A DNA stretch of 21,323 nucleotides from Octopus sinensis (Eukaryota), in NCBI RefSeq assembly GCF_006345805.1, contig NW_021824137.1, positions 1 to 21,323 of the forward strand. Direction: 5' to 3'. The position numbers and the translations under genes are program-made. Numbering within the stretch: position 1 is the first letter of the stretch; every line of letters starts with the position of its first letter. Of the stretch, positions 20,271 to 21,323 are shown piece by piece. The notes under the pieces are model-generated. The model was not told the origin of the DNA, ran no database searches, and saw nothing but the letters and a program-made list of their open reading frames with translations.

Positions 20271-21130
20271 GTTGTTGTTGTTGTTGTTATTATTATTATT
20301 ATTATCATTATTATTATTACTACTACTTCTATAAGGTATTATTATAAAAATATACAATAAATATTTAAAAAGCGTCTCCTGAAGAACAATGAAAGAACAA
20401 ATAAAGAAAAGAAAACATCATTGTTATTCTTATTACTATCTCTGCAAATTTTTTTCAGAAAACTACAACTTTACCTCCTCCCCCTCCCCCTATTCTTTTT
20501 CTTCTTCTTGTTCTTCTTCCACCTTTTCTCTCCCCTCCTCCTCCTCCTCCCCCTCTTCTTTTTCTCATTCTTGTTCTTTTTCCACCTCTTCTCTCCCCTC
20601 CACCTTCCTCCATCCATCCCCCACCTCCTCCGCCCCTCTTCATCACCTCCCCCCTCATCTCCTCCCCCCTCTTCCTTTTCCTTTTAGAAAATTTCTTCCA
20701 TCGAATTCCCTTAAAAGATACCAACTTTCTCTTTAATGATAATCAGAGTAACGAATAACAATGGCAGCGACAAATTGTTGTAATGAAGTGAAATGAGATC
20801 AATACAATATCGCCGCCGCCGCCGTCATCGTCGTCATCATCATCATCATCAGTATCGTCATCATGGTCATCATCGTCGTCATCATCGACATCAACGTCAT
20901 CATCATCATCATCGTCATCTTTGTCATCAGTCTCTCAATCACCATCATAATCCTCTTCCTCCTCTTCCTCCCCCGCCTCATCATCAACATTATCGTCATC
21001 ATCATCACCCCCTTCACTGCCGCCGACACCACCACTACGAACTCCAGCACGAACGTCACCACCACCACCATCACCATCACCACCACCACCACCACCACTA
21101 CCACCACCACCACCACCACCACCACCACTA
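18270..21130. repeat. Tandem duplication of a ~1.41-kb microsatellite mosaic
   Basis: GCACGCAGCTGG at 18309/19721, AGCGTCTCCTGAAG at 18961/20371, ATGAGATCAATAC at 19381/20793 (offsets 1410-1412). Confidence 0.93.
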
Positions 21131-21142
21131 CTATCATTCCCC

Positions 21143-21198
<56 letters not shown>

Positions 21199-21323
21199 AC
21201 AATAACACATGCCATTAGGCGGCCGTTTGATTTCCCTGGAATAGCAAGCAAGCCAAATCTTACTCAAATTATTCCGACACTAAAAATGAAATAAAAAACG
21301 GAAGCAATGTTGACTGGATGGCC

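Noticed and set aside
16940-21294. Long poly-H/I/M/D/S/F ORFs
   Set aside because: Translations of trinucleotide microsatellites, open in several frames.

Overview
Repeat-saturated, AT-rich eukaryotic DNA with no recognisable host gene. The SINE families resemble, from memory, those of Octopus, so the source is probably a coleoid cephalopod (inference, not database-checked). Almost all ORFs in the track are translations of microsatellites. The real coding remnants are all transposon-derived: a truncated CR1-group LINE RT (7880-9406, -), a 5'-truncated R4/Dong-type RT-RLE element in a (TAA)n tract (12039-14151, +), a second decayed Dong-like copy, and two decayed mariner elements. There are also several tRNA-derived SINEs. 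The main result, which the ORF track does not show, is a cluster of type I hammerhead ribozyme (HHR) motifs from several unrelated sequence families in the first 8 kb. The centrepiece is a non-coding ~475-bp repeat at 4095-5649 with one intact HHR per unit. It forms two multimeric arms joined head-to-head, both outer ends run into (TA)n, and the inversion junction lies 4 nt from the predicted self-cleavage site. This looks like a retrozyme or Penelope-associated ribozyme retroelement copied from a circular or multimeric RNA. Ribozyme folds were paired by eye and have not been tested.
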